64,000 bases of DNA from Neocallimastix sp. 'constans' (GCA_050613775.1 JBODTK010000014.1:1-64000); one strand, 5' to 3'; counted from the stretch's first letter, positions 25,491 through 38,235 are shown. Translations and numbers: made by a program. The notes: generated from the sequence alone by a model not told the origin.

Positions 25491-25999
25491 TTATTTTTTT
25501 TTTTGAGAATTCATCAATGAATGTAACAAAGTATTTTTTTATTATTATTGATAGATGAATTGTATGGACCTGAAATATCCCGAATGGATAATTTCTAATA
25601 TCTTCATTGCTTTAGGTATCTTTCCTTTATGTGATTTTCCTTGACATTTTTTTTTAGATACTTTATATTCGATACATTTAGGAACTTTTATTTTTTGATG
25701 TAGCTTAGATATTTATTTATGTTTTCAAGGTAATAATGATATAATAATCTAGTCTAGTCTTCTATGCTAAATTGCTAAGCTTTGTTCATCAGTTTCGTTT
25801 TAAAGCCATAATATTTTTTATCATTTTCTTCTATGTCTTAATTAATCTTGTAAGTATTTACTAAGAATTGATTATCATTTTAAGAATAATACTTGACAAT
25901 TTATACACTATTTGGACCCCATAGGTTAAATCTATCACGTATGTAAATCATCAGTTTCAAGAGCGACTTTGTATCCTATTATAGCCAGTTCTATACTAC

Positions 26000-26506
26000 T
26001 GTAACGAATCTTAAAAATAATTAACTTGTCTTAGTTGTTAGTAACTAAGTCACCGATTTGAACTTCTCGAGTTCAAATCCGCATAATTTCTTTTTATAAA
26101 AAAAATTTATTTTAAAATTCTTATCTTATCAAAAATTATTTTAAAAAGTTCTTATCCTATCAAAAAAAAATTTTTTTTATCAAAAGTTTTATCAAATTAT
26201 CTTAATTGGTTTAAAATTACATCATAAAAAATTTCTTTTGAAAATTTTTTGTATAAATACGAGTGAATTTTTCTTCAAAAAATTTGTTTTAAAAAATCGT
26301 GTTTTTTATTAATTATTTAATAAGTAATTTAATTACAAATTTTTAATTAATAAATAAAAAAAAAAAAAAATAATAAAAATAAATTTTAACTTTTAAAAAA
26401 TAATAAATTCCTTTTTATTAAAAAACTATTTACTTATTATTTATTTTTTTTTATACAAACCTAGTGGTGTTAATTATTTTGGGTTACGCCCCGAATTCAC
26501 GTTACA
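26000..26506 (+). repeat. 5' LTR (507 bp)
   Basis: TG...CA termini, 7-bp terminal inverted repeats and TATA-like tataaata at 26252. Matches 31624-32134. Confidence 0.97.
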
Positions 26507-26517
26507 ATAAAAAACAC
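26507..26517 (+). promoter_or_regulatory. Self-priming primer-binding site
   Basis: ATAAAAAACAC directly after the 5' LTR is the exact complement of GTGTTTTTTAT at 26299-26309 inside the LTR. No TGG-type tRNA PBS is present. Confidence 0.8.
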
Positions 26518-26553
26518 CACTGAAAAGAACCACTACCTTTGTATAAATTCTTT

Positions 26554-26775
26554 CTTTTGGTCTCTACCCTTCAAGATATACTTTTGGTTTCTACCCTTCA
26601 AGATATACTTTTGGTTTCTACCCTATCAAGATATACTTTTGGTTTCTACCCTATCAAGATATACTTTTGGTTCCTACCCTATCAAGATATACTTTTGGTT
26701 TCTACCCTTCAAGATATACTTTTGGTTTTTACCTTTCTTTGATTTCAAGATATACTTTGGTTTCTACCTTTCAAG
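26554..26775 (+). repeat. Minisatellite in retrotransposon leader, ~8 copies of 27/28 bp
   Basis: Unit cttttggtttctaccct(a)tcaagatata, directly abutting. Confidence 0.93.
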
Positions 26776-27170
26776 TTTTACCTTTAGTTACTACTTTGAA
26801 TTCTTACTTTAGACTCCTATATTTTTACATCATTCAGTTTTTCACTGTGCTTCAACTTTGAATTTCTACCTTTGAGCTTTACTTTTTGTATTTACTTCTT
26901 GTTTTTACTGTTTTGAGTCTTTTCTACCTTTTAGTATTATCCTCTTTATTGTTATCTCTACAACTACTTTGGTGAACTTCTATTCAGATATATTCCCTTG
27001 GTTTTCCAATTACTCCAGGACTTAATTCTACTATTTGATTTCTTACTACTAGTAAACCTTGTGTTTTAAAGCAATCCTAAATATCCAAAAAATATAAAAT
27101 TTAGGTTTAGTCTAACAAAATTTATAATCGTATTCAAATTTTGATAAAATTCTTAAAAATTTAATTTAAA

Positions 27171-30100
27171 ATGGAAGATCAAAATAATATTTTAAATAAT
27201 GCTACTCTTAAAGATGGTTTTGCAGGAGACCGTCGTTACTTAAAGGGTTTTTTAGCAAAAATTGAATTGGTTTTTATGCTGTACCCAGACAGATACAACA
27301 CCGATGAAGCTAAAGTCATATATCTTATATCTAGACTTTACGGTGATGCTATGAACTGGGCAGCTACTTTAATTGAAAACAGGGATGACTGTCTTGGAGA
27401 TTATCAAGCATTTAGAGAAAGAATGAAAGCTGTTTTCGGAGACAACGACTCAGTATTTATCGCCAATCAAAAACTACGTGTAATTAAACAACGAAGACTT
27501 GGTGATATTACAAGTTATATTAATGAATTTAATAAATATTCCGATAATTCTTCTTGGAACGAGGATGCAAAAATGGATGCTTTCATTGCTGGTCTTCAAG
27601 ATTCTATTGCAACAAGAATATTAGAAATGTTTCCTGGTCCCAGAAATCTCCTTTCCCTTCAAACTATTGCAGCAAGAATTGATTCTAGAATTTCTACACA
27701 TAGACAATTTTTTAATCATAATAAGCATTCAAATGATAATAAAACATGTCCAAAGTTTACTCCAAAAAAGAAATCTTCAAATAACAATAATAAATCTTTT
27801 AGTAAGCTTTCTAATGAAGAAAGAGAAAGAAGAATTAGAGAACATCTTTGTCTTTATTGTGCCGATCCAGATCACATTCGTGAAAATTGCCCTAAATTAA
27901 AAAAGAATAAACCTTCTTCAAGTTCTCACATTTCAAATCCTGTTTTAAATTCAACTCTTAGGCCAAGAATTTCTGACCAACCTAACCACAGGCTTCCAAT
28001 CTTTGATTTCACTCTTTCTATTTCGGACGTTTCAGTTAATTCAAAGATTCTTCTGGATTCAGGTTCTCAACTTAATCTTATGGACGTATATTACGCTAAA
28101 GAAAATAACATTCCCTATAATGAAAATTCTAAATTACCGAGCGTTTCCGGTATTGGAGGTGATCAATTAATTCTGGGAAAAACTTTACCAATATCACTCA
28201 AATACGGAAATCATATTTGTCAAGCTGAATTCTACATTGTTGATTTACCCTCTTACTGTGCTATACTTGGTACTGACTGGTTATTCACACACAATCCGAC
28301 AATAAATTTCGTAACTAAAGAACTATCCTTTAAGTCTAGCAATTGTATTTCAAATTGTTTACTAACTCCAAATTCTTTTACAGCTCATATTTCTTCTCCT
28401 ACAACTGTCCCTTCTACAAAAGAAAAGGAACCTGCTACTGTTGATAGAATATTAAAACTATTGCCTACTATACTTCAACCTTATAAAGATATTTTCGATG
28501 AAGGATCTGCAAACATATTACCACCACATAGGCAGTATGATTGTGAGATTAAGCTTAAGCCTAACTCTATCCTTTATTATGGCCCTATCTACCCGCTTAC
28601 TGATGCTGAGTCTAAAGCTCTTAAAGAATATATTGAAGAAAATCTCTCAAAAGGCTTTATTCGTAAATCCAAATCTCCTGCTGGTGCTCCTGTATTTTTC
28701 GTTTTTAAGAAGAATGGTGAATTACGTATGGTTGTTGATTACAGAAAACTTAACGAAATAACAATTCGGGACTCTTATCCATTACCACTTATTAATGACA
28801 TGCTCGAACATTTAGGTAAAGGTAAAGTATTTTCAAAACTCGATCTCCGTTCTGCATATAATCTTGTAAGAATAAAAGAAGGAGACGAGTATAAAACAGC
28901 TTTTACCTGCAAGTATGGCCACTTTGAATATTTGGTTATGCCTTTCGGGTTAAAAAATGCCCCAGCTGTTTTCCAACACTTCATTAATGATGTATTCGAA
29001 GATATTCTTGGTACATATGTCTACTGTTATATCGATGATATTATAATCTTCTCCCCAGATATGTCTTCTCATTTTGAACACGTTATCGAAGTTCTCAAAA
29101 GACTTCGTAAAGCTGGTCTTTTTGCGAAACTAGAAAAATGTGAATTCTTTGTCCCTTACTTAGATTTCCTTGGTCATAGAATTTCTGCTACAGGTATATT
29201 TATGGATCCCAAAAAGATTTCTTCAATTCTTGAATGGCCTACTCCAACTTGCGTAAAAGAAATTCAATCTTTCCTTGGACTCACAAATTATTATAGAAGA
29301 TTTATTCCTGGATTTGCCAAGTTAGCCCATCCACTTAATCATCTTTTAAGAAAGAACGTTAAATTTGTATGGTCAATTGAAGCTCAGGAAGCTTTTGATA
29401 ATATTTAATCGAAATTTTCCTCTTCTCCGGTCCTTGCTTACCCTGATCGTAACCTACCCTTCACTGTTGAAACTGACAGCAGTAATTTTGCAATCGGTGC
29501 TGTCCTTTCTCAAAAGACTCCTAAAGATAATAAAGTTCATCCTATTGCCTTTTATTCAAGATCTCTCTCTCCTGTTGAAAGAAATTATCCAATTTACGAT
29601 AAGGAACTTTTAGCTATTATTGATTCTTTAGAAAATTGGAGACACTTTCTAAATGGTGCGACTCATCCTTTTATTATCTACTCTGATCACCGAAACCTGT
29701 TATATCAAAAGAAACCTGAAAAAATGACTCAAAGACTTGTTCGTTGGTCTCTCTTCTTATCAGAATTTAACTTCAAGATTGAATATCGTTCAGGTTCTTC
29801 CAATGGTAAACCCGATGCCTTATCAAGAAGACCTGATTATGCTTTAAATTATGAATTTTCCACTTCTGATATTCCATTTACTGTTCTCCGCCCAGAAAAC
29901 TTTTCTGCTTTTCCAGTCTCTGTTGAAACATTTTCTGAAAAAATCCTTTCCGAATGTAAAACCGATCCATTTTATCATTCCATTTGCGATTACTTAGAAA
30001 ACAAGAAATTACCTGTCCCTCATCAAAAAATTAAGGAATTCTCAATTAGTAACAGCTACTTACTTTTCCAAAATAAACTCTATGTTCCTCCCAACTGCCG

Positions 30101-31352
30101 GTCTTTAGCCTTGAAAATTTGTCATGACTCTCCATCCGCAGGTCATTTTGGTTTTAAAAAAACTATTAATCTCTTAAATCGTGACTTTTGGTGGCCTTCC
30201 CTTAACTCTGACGCTCAAGACTACATCCGATCTTGCGAAACTTGTTGTCGTTCAAAGGTACTCCGACATAAACCTTACGGATTTTTACAACCTTTGGAAA
30301 TCCCTTCTCGTCCTTGGTCTTCAGTCTCTATGGATTTTATTACTGATTTACCACTTTCCAATGGGTTTACTTGTATATTTGTTACCGTTGATCGTTTTTC
30401 CAAGATGTCTCACTTCATTCCTTTTGCAAATATCCCTTCTGCTATTGATACCGCTTCTGCTTTCATGAAATCAATCTTCAGACTTCATGGACTCCCTGAT
30501 GAAATTCTTTCCGATCGTGGATCCCAATTCACTTCTAAATTTTGGATTGCTATCTGTAAAGCTCTTGGAATTAATATGAAATACTCTTCACCATTCCATC
30601 ACCAAACCAACGGTTTGACGGAGAGGGTGAACTCCGTTGTAGAACAATACCTTAGATGTTTCACAAATTTCAAAGGATCAGATTGGGAGAATTATCTCTA
30701 TTTAGCCGAATTCAGTTACAATAATGCTCTTCAGGAATCTTCTAATTATTCTCCTTTCTTTGCAAATTACGGTTACAACCCAAGACATTCTCCTGAAATT
30801 CCAAGTAACATAAATGTTCCCAGAGCTGAAGAACTTGTGAAGAACTTAACAGATCTATCTAAAGAATTAAAGAAGAACTTAGAGTCTGCAAGCAAAAAGC
30901 AGGAAGAATATGCAAATAGACACCGAATTAAACCTCCAGAATTTAAAGCAAACGACAAAGTCTGGCTAAATAGCTCCTTAGTACTCAGAAATAAGAACAA
31001 GAAACTTAAACCAAGAAAACTCGGTCCTTTCAAAATCATTCAGAAAGTATCACCAGTTACCTATAAATTAGATCTTCCGAAGAAATTACGAATTCATCCC
31101 ATTATTCATGTCTCAGAACTTGAACCCTACTACGAAGATACTTTTGGAAGAAATCAACCACCACCACCAGTAATAGTCAATAATGAAGAAGAATATGAAG
31201 TCGAGAAAATATTGGATAAAAGAACTTACTATGGAAAAATTCAATATTTAATCAAATGGAAAGGTTATCCAATTTCAGAATCTTCATGGGAACCCGAATC
31301 TAATTTAAATTGTCCTGAACTTCTTAAGGATTTCAATTCAAGGGATAAATAA
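27171..31352 (+). CDS. Single-frame Gag-Pol polyprotein (Gag, CCHC knuckle, protease, RT, RNase H, integrase, chromodomain) with one premature TAA at 29406-29408
   Basis: Motifs [20 protein letters not shown] and YIDD. The same frame continues after the TAA as [31 protein letters not shown], then [22 protein letters not shown] and [24 protein letters not shown]. Confidence 0.96.
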
Positions 31353-31623
31353 CAAAAAATATTCTATTTTATTTTATTTTATTTTATTAATTATATCTAA
31401 ACTCTTATTTATATCAAAATTGAATTTAAATATTTTATTAATATCAAATTATTTTATAAAAAAAAAAAAAAAAAAAATTATTTTATCTTTTAATATAGTT
31501 AAATTTATTAAATATTTTTAATTCATGTATGTTTAATGTAAAAAGTTCACTCGTTAGTATATTAAAAATTAATTTTAGTTTAGAATTAGATTCGTCTGGT
31601 ATCCGAATCCTCGAGGAGGACCA

Positions 31624-32134
31624 TGTAACGAATCTTAAAAATAATTAACTTGTCTTAGTTGTTAGTAACTAAGTCACCGATTTGAACTTCTCGAGTTCAA
31701 ATCCGCATAATTTCTTTTTATAAAAAAAATTTATTTTAAAATTCTTATCTTATCAAAAATTATTTTAAAAAGTTCTTATCCTATCAAAAAAAAATTTTTT
31801 TTATCAAAAGTTTTATCAAATTATCTTAATTGGTTTAAAATTACATCATAAAAAATTTCTTTTGAAAATTTTTTGTATAAATACGAGTGAATTTTTCTTC
31901 AAAAAATTTTTTTTAAAAAATCGTGTTTTTTATTAATTATTTAATAAGTAATTTAATTACAAATTTTTAATTAATAAATAAAAAAAAAAAAAAAATAATA
32001 ATAAAAATAAATTTTAACTTTTAAAAAATAATAAATTCCTTTTTATTAAAAAACTATTTACTTATTATTTATTTTTTTTTATACAAACTTAGTGGTGTTA
32101 ATTATTTTGGGTTACGCCCCGAATTCACGTTACA
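31624..32134 (+). repeat. 3' LTR (511 bp)
   Basis: Differs from the 5' LTR by about two substitutions and a short A/TAA length change, by visual comparison. Confidence 0.97.
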
Positions 32135-32981
32135 ACTACTAATTAGATTTTTAGTTACAGATTTGGAATATAATGCCCTATCTAGTCAAATAATATATTC
32201 CATTAATGTAGTATTCCTAAATACCAATGTCCTTTGAGGCTACACATCGATCCATCTGCACATTTTAATTTGTTTTTACAGCGAATATAATTATTTAATA
32301 ATAATAAAATCATTAGTTATATGTTCTCCAATACTCATATCATATAACCATTCACTCATCTTATCATCTTCATCTTATAATAATTAATATTTTTTTTTAT
32401 CTATAATTCCTTTTTTTTTTTTTTTTTCATAGGAATTATTATTTCTTCTGGAATAATGAATCTATCCTTCACTTATTCAATTTTTCCTCATCAGTAATCT
32501 CTACATGTTTTTCCACCATATCATTGAAAGATTTTTTTTTTTTGTAAGTTCTAACTTTCCGATGATTTGAGTTCTATCTCTAGCTTTAATACTTTCTAAC
32601 CTTCTAAGCTAGTATTCCATATCAGCATTGGAATTTCCTTTATTTTTACCTAAGTCTTTCCACTCTACCGAAACCACTATCATTAAGTCTGCCGATTTCT
32701 TTTAAAAGCAGATTCATTGATGTTCTTACTGATCATGAGTGTCATCGTCAGGGTCGATCTTTACTGCTTCTGCTTCTGCTTCAATTGATCGGATACGACT
32801 GAGAGGATTACCAAATAAGTTAGTAAGCTGAGTATTGATGTCATGCGAGGGGGAGGGTGTTATTATTTTTGATTAACCGTAAGTATTGCTATTCTGGATA
32901 AGTGCAGCAGGAGCTTTTAGTAATATTTTAGTAATTAATTTAATAATTATACCTGTTAAGTAATATTGTTGGAGTTAAGTG

Positions 32982-33016
<35 letters not shown>

Positions 33017-34180
33017 CTTAGTCATTAAGTTTTCCAATAACGTCCATTTCCATGAATTCCTTGATGCCTTGACGTTTAGCAGCATTATCAATAAGGAATT
33101 TCCAGTCATTAAAGTTGGACTTTCCATGGAGACGTTGGCGTTGGTCCTTATCAAAGTTAAAGTCTTGGATGATTTCGAGGCGGTGAAACGATTTAATTAA
33201 CTACTTTTTAATAATAAATGATAGAAGTCAACTGAGACTTTTAATCTGTTGGCTTTATCAAATTTAGATTATTATAATAATATTCCTAATGGAACATAAG
33301 GAAAATAAGTGTATGATCTATTTTAGTATTAAATAAGTAATTAAATACACGTCACTGCATACGTTTACCATAAAATAGAATATATTAAAAATTAATGAAA
33401 TAAAATATTAAAAGGATAATTAACATAAATTTATATGAGATGATAGATCATAATAAATATACATAGAAGTTATCATTAAATGTAAATAAATAAATACACA
33501 TAAATATAAATAAATATTATAAATAAATAAATTAAATCTATAATTAAATTATGAACGAAGTCTACAATAATTATTTATTAGTTATTAAACTTAAAATCGA
33601 AATTATTATAATTTTAAGGTATGTAATTATTTATTTAAATAAATATATTAAAATTTCCTAATTAGATTATTCTTAAAAATTTAATTATTAGAATTTGAAT
33701 AATTATTAATATATATGAATGAAATTATCTCGTAATAGATCATATAATAGTAATATATATGAATTTTTTATTATATGATATAATAATAAATACATTCTTA
33801 TTAAATATATTAAATATACAAAATTAAAAAAAATAAAATAAAAATAAAATAAAATAAAAATAAAATAAAAATAAAAATTTTAAAAAAAAATATTTATATA
33901 ATTTAGAATGTATATTTGAAATTTAAAATTAATATATATATATATATTTTTCATTTTCATATTGAAGAAATAAGAAAAAAAAATAAAAGACAATATAAAA
34001 TAACAAAGTTTGTATAAAATTTTTAAAAATAGAATTAGATGAATTATCTTGTCATAGATAATCTAATAGTTAAAAAACAATTTTTATTATATATACATTC
34101 TTATTAAATATACTTGTAAAATTTTTTGTTAACGCCATAAAAAATTTTAATACAATTATATGTAAAAAAAAATAAATGTA

Positions 34181-34212
<32 letters not shown>

Positions 34213-34319
34213 AATGTAATATAATAAAAAAAAAAGTTTAAAAAAAATTATTTATATAATTAATAATATAATTTAAATTTAAAATAATATATAAAAAGCA
34301 TACATATGGAAATTATTCA

Positions 34320-34353
<34 letters not shown>

Positions 34354-34424
34354 TATAAATTTTATAATTTTTTTTTTAATATTTTTCCTTTTTTATTTTT
34401 TTATTTTTTAATTTTTTTTTTTTT

Positions 34425-34982
34425 AAATAGGATAAATTTGTTAAAATAAATATTTAATACAATTATACTTTAAAAATTTTTAAGAGTTAGAACTTATGAC
34501 TATAATAATATGCATTTAATGTAATTTCAGTTAATTCTGTAAATGAATCTTTAATGAAATAAAAAATATATATATATATTTATATATATATTTGTAAATA
34601 AGATCTTGGAAAGGGGGGAGGGAGAGAGAGTCTATAAAACTCTCCCTCAAATACATTTATTATTGAATTTATTGGTTGAAGAAAGATAAAAAAAAAAAAA
34701 AAAAGTATTATCAACAAAAAAAAAAAAAAAAAAAAGAAAAAAAGAAAAAAAAAAATAAATAAATCCTTTTATTTATCATATCCTTTCTATATCGTTACAA
34801 ATATATTTCATTTAAGCAATTAATCTTATTTTATTTTTATTACAAAATAACTTCTAAATTTATTTATATAACAGTAAAAAAAAAAAAAAGTTATATTATT
34901 TATCCTTTATAACCTTTTAATTCATTCCATTATTCCTATATTTTGGTCTAATTTTAAATAATTTTTATTAATGTTAAAAACC

Positions 34983-35021
<39 letters not shown>

Positions 35022-35610
35022 AAAAATTTTTAATTAGAGGATATTATACTATTAAAATTTTATTACTAATTTTATCCTTCTTGGAAAGTGAATATACTTT
35101 TTTTTTACCTTTTTTTTATTGAATATAAATATATATATATAAATATATATTTATTAAATAACAAAAGAAAAAATTTATGAATATATATTTATACAATCTA
35201 AAATATTAAAAAATTCATAACATTATATTACTAAAAGAGTTTAAAGTTTTATATTTATATATAAATATAAAACCTATTAATGATTTCTTAAAAATTTTAT
35301 AATATATATGTATATAAATAAAATTTTTATTTAGTTTTATGGGATTTAATAAATAGATTGTTTTTTTTTTTAAATAGGATAAAATTGTTAAAATAAATAA
35401 TTATATGATTATACTTTTAAAAACTTTTTAGTTAGATTTATGGTTAAAACGATATGCATGCATTTAATACCATTAATTCTATCAATAAAAGTTTAATGAA
35501 ATATAAATGTATATATATATATATTTATATAAATAATCCTGGAGAGGAGGATAGAAAAATTCATAAAACTCTCCCTTAAATTCATTTATTAAGGAATTTA
35601 CCGGGTAAAA
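34425..35610 (+). repeat. Two diverged ~250-bp direct repeats (~34425-34675, ~35371-35610), each with a GGAGAG...CTCTCC stem-loop
   Basis: Shared blocks taaataggataaa.ttgttaaaataaata, ttatacttt, tgcatttaat, tttaatgaaat, ataaaactctccct and catttatt. Confidence 0.7.
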
Positions 35611-35740
35611 TAAAATAAAATATAATAAAATAAAAAATACATTATTATTTATGTTTAACGAGATTGAATGAACAATAAATAAGCTCTTCCTTTACATCCA
35701 TAATATCTCGTTGTATATATATATATATATATATATATTT

Positions 35741-35992
35741 TTTAGACTTAGAGAATAACTTTATTTAACTTAATAATAATAAAATTACATCATTTAAATG
35801 AAAAAATAACAAATAAAATACATGAAATAAAATATTATATATTATAAAATTATTTTTTTTTTTTTTTTTTTTTTTTTTTAGACTTAGAGAATAACTTTAT
35901 TTAACTTATAATAATAATAAAATTACATCATTTAAATGAAAAAAATAACAAATAAAATACATGAAATAAAATATTATATATTATAAAATTAT
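35741..35992 (+). repeat. Near-perfect tandem duplication, ~113-bp unit separated by poly-T
   Basis: tttagacttagagaataactttatttaactta...aaatacatgaaataaaatattatatattataaaattat occurs twice. Confidence 0.9.
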
Positions 35993-36700
35993 AAAAGTAC
36001 GTTAGAAGCGATAGCCTCTAACTTTTCCCATTCCTCGATGATAACACCATTTCCATTATTTCGAGTAATAATTTCTGTATTAGTGTTATCTAACTGTAGA
36101 TTCAATAGATTCAACGTCTAGTTGTATATTAATTTTGTAAATAATTTTATTATTTCATTATTACTACAAAAATAATAAAAATATATTTTATTTTTTTTCA
36201 GGAATTTTTTATTTTTTTTTTTTTATAAAAATTGAAAACTTTCAAATACCATAACCTCTTAACTTTTTTTATTATTCCTTTTGATTTCCTAACTTTAAAA
36301 ATTTAATATTAATAATATATCAATATGATATTACACCTATTCTATAACAAATTACTTTTTTTTCCTTTTTCGATACATTTTTCATCAAACATAAATATAT
36401 TTCTATTTAATATAAATATTTATATACAATCTTACTTTTTACATTACTAACCATAATATTATATTTACTTTAAAGAATTATAAAATTATATTTAGATATT
36501 TAAAACACTACTATTTTTATTATTATATGAATTCTTATTAGATTAATTTTATAAATTCTTTTTATTTTTTTTTTAAATTACATAATTAACTATTTTCATT
36601 TAATAAATAGTTGTTTTTTTTTTTATTTTTAAATTTTTGTTTTTGATTTTTTGTTCTTTTTTAATTTTTACTATTTAATTATAGCATGTTTTATGCTAAT

Positions 36701-37510
36701 CTAGTTGTTTTCCTTGAGAATTCTTTCAAGTTCTCTAACGTTGGCACCTTGAATTTCACCAATCTTTATTTAATATATTAAAAAAATTAAAAATATATTA
36801 TTATTTATATTCAATATTTATATATTTCTATCCATATCAATTTATCTTTTAAATAATTGTGTCACAATTTTATATACTTACGAGTTTACCGGCCTTGTAG
36901 AATTTGAAAGTTGGCATGCAGTTGACATCACAAGCAGCAGCAACTTCTTGGGCTTGATCAACATCAGCTATTTTATTTAAATTTAAAAATATTTTTAATA
37001 TTCATTCTACAATTACATCATAAATATAAATTTTATACTTTGTATATATATATTTACCTTGGTAGAAAGAAACGTTAGTGTAAACGTTACTGAAATTTTC
37101 GTATTTTGGGTGAATCATCTAAATTTATGAAATATATATAAATATATATTTTTTTTAATATTTTATATTTATTACATTTTTTTTTTTTTTTTTTTATTCT
37201 TTCTTTTTTATCTTTCCCTTGTATATTTTTAATTATTACCTTACATGGTCCACACCTATTTTGGATTATATTATTTTATATTTTAATAATATTAAAAATA
37301 ATTATCATATATATAAGATGTATATATCATTTAATACTTGTATCATCATAATATTATATTTTTGTTTCATAATAATACAATATATATATATATTTATATA
37401 AAAAAATAATATAATAATAAATACCAGGTAGCATAGAAATCAATAACACTGCAAGTTTCCTTAGCAATAGCAGCGTTGAAAGCATCTAAAGTTTCAATTT
37501 CAGTAATCAT
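36701..37510 (-). CDS. TRX1: Thioredoxin, 103 aa, 5 exons (37510-37425, 37255-37240, 37118-37058, 36967-36882, 36763-36701)
   Basis: All introns are GT-AG and phases are consistent (312 nt). Protein: MITEIETLDAFNAAIAKETCSVIDFYATWCGPCKMIHPKY...ADVDQAQEVAAACDVNCMPTFKFYKAGK...GAN. Not in the ORF track. Confidence 0.95.
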
Positions 37511-37924
37511 TTTGTTTTATTTTTTATATTTTATATTTGTTATTATAAAATTACTACTATTATAAATTTATAAATTTATTAAATAATAAAAAAAAATTAT
37601 AATTTGTGTTCTTTTTTTTTCGTTTTATATAAGAATTTTTTGAATTAAAAATATCACGTGATATGATAAATATATAATTAAATTATATAGATATATATTT
37701 TTGGAACATACCTAAATATCAAAATGGAAAAAAATCCATTCCTATTAATCATTAATTTATAAGAATTATTACTAATTTTATTAGTAATATAAAATAATAC
37801 TAAATAAATTAATGTTCTTTATATATTAATAATATATTAAAACTCTTAATTAGTAATAAATACACCCCTTTTGAGATTTTTATAGTAAAAAAAGAAAGCC
37901 TGTTTTTTTGTAAATTAATATTAT

Positions 37925-38235
37925 CAATAAACAATAAATAATAAACAATAAATAATAAATAATAAATAACAAATAATGGAATAATAAATAATAAATAATA
38001 TATAATAAATAATAAATAATTAATAATACATAATAAATAATATATAATAATTAATAAATAATTGAATAATAAATAATAAATAATAAATAATAAATAATAA
38101 ATAACAAATAACAAAAAACAAATAACAAATAACAAATAATAAATAATAAATAATAAATAATAAATAATAAATAATGGAATAATAAATAATAAATAATAAA
38201 TAATAAATAATGGAATAATATATAATAAATTATAA
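37925..38235. repeat. (AATAATA)n-type heptamer repeat tract
   Basis: Repeated aataata/aataaca units; source of the spurious ORF 37809-38135. Confidence 0.85.

Larger units (their letters stand above)
26000..32134 (+). mobile_element. Full-length Ty3/gypsy chromovirus (Tf1/sushi-like), recent insertion
   Basis: Near-identical LTRs at 26000-26506 and 31624-32134 (TGTAACG...CGTTACA). 5-bp TSD ACTAC at 25995-25999 and 32135-32139. Purine tract gaggagga just before the 3' LTR. Confidence 0.98.
25520..33566 (-). mobile_element. Decayed Ty1/copia element A (host of the nested chromovirus); boundaries approximate
   Basis: Minus strand order: putative LTR from 33247 (tgttgg, distal end uncertain), PBS 33231-33246, gag QRLHGKSNFNDWKFLIDNAAKRQGI (~33050-33150), protease region KCADGSMC...LYSKSVTKNLIS|SIELAIIGYKVALE split exactly at the chromovirus TSD, and integrase start KSHKGKIPKAMKILEIIHS (~25580-25650). 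Confidence 0.7.

Noticed and set aside
26554..26775. CRISPR-like array of 27-28 bp repeats
   Set aside because: Units abut with no unique spacers, it lies in a retrotransposon leader, and there are no cas genes.
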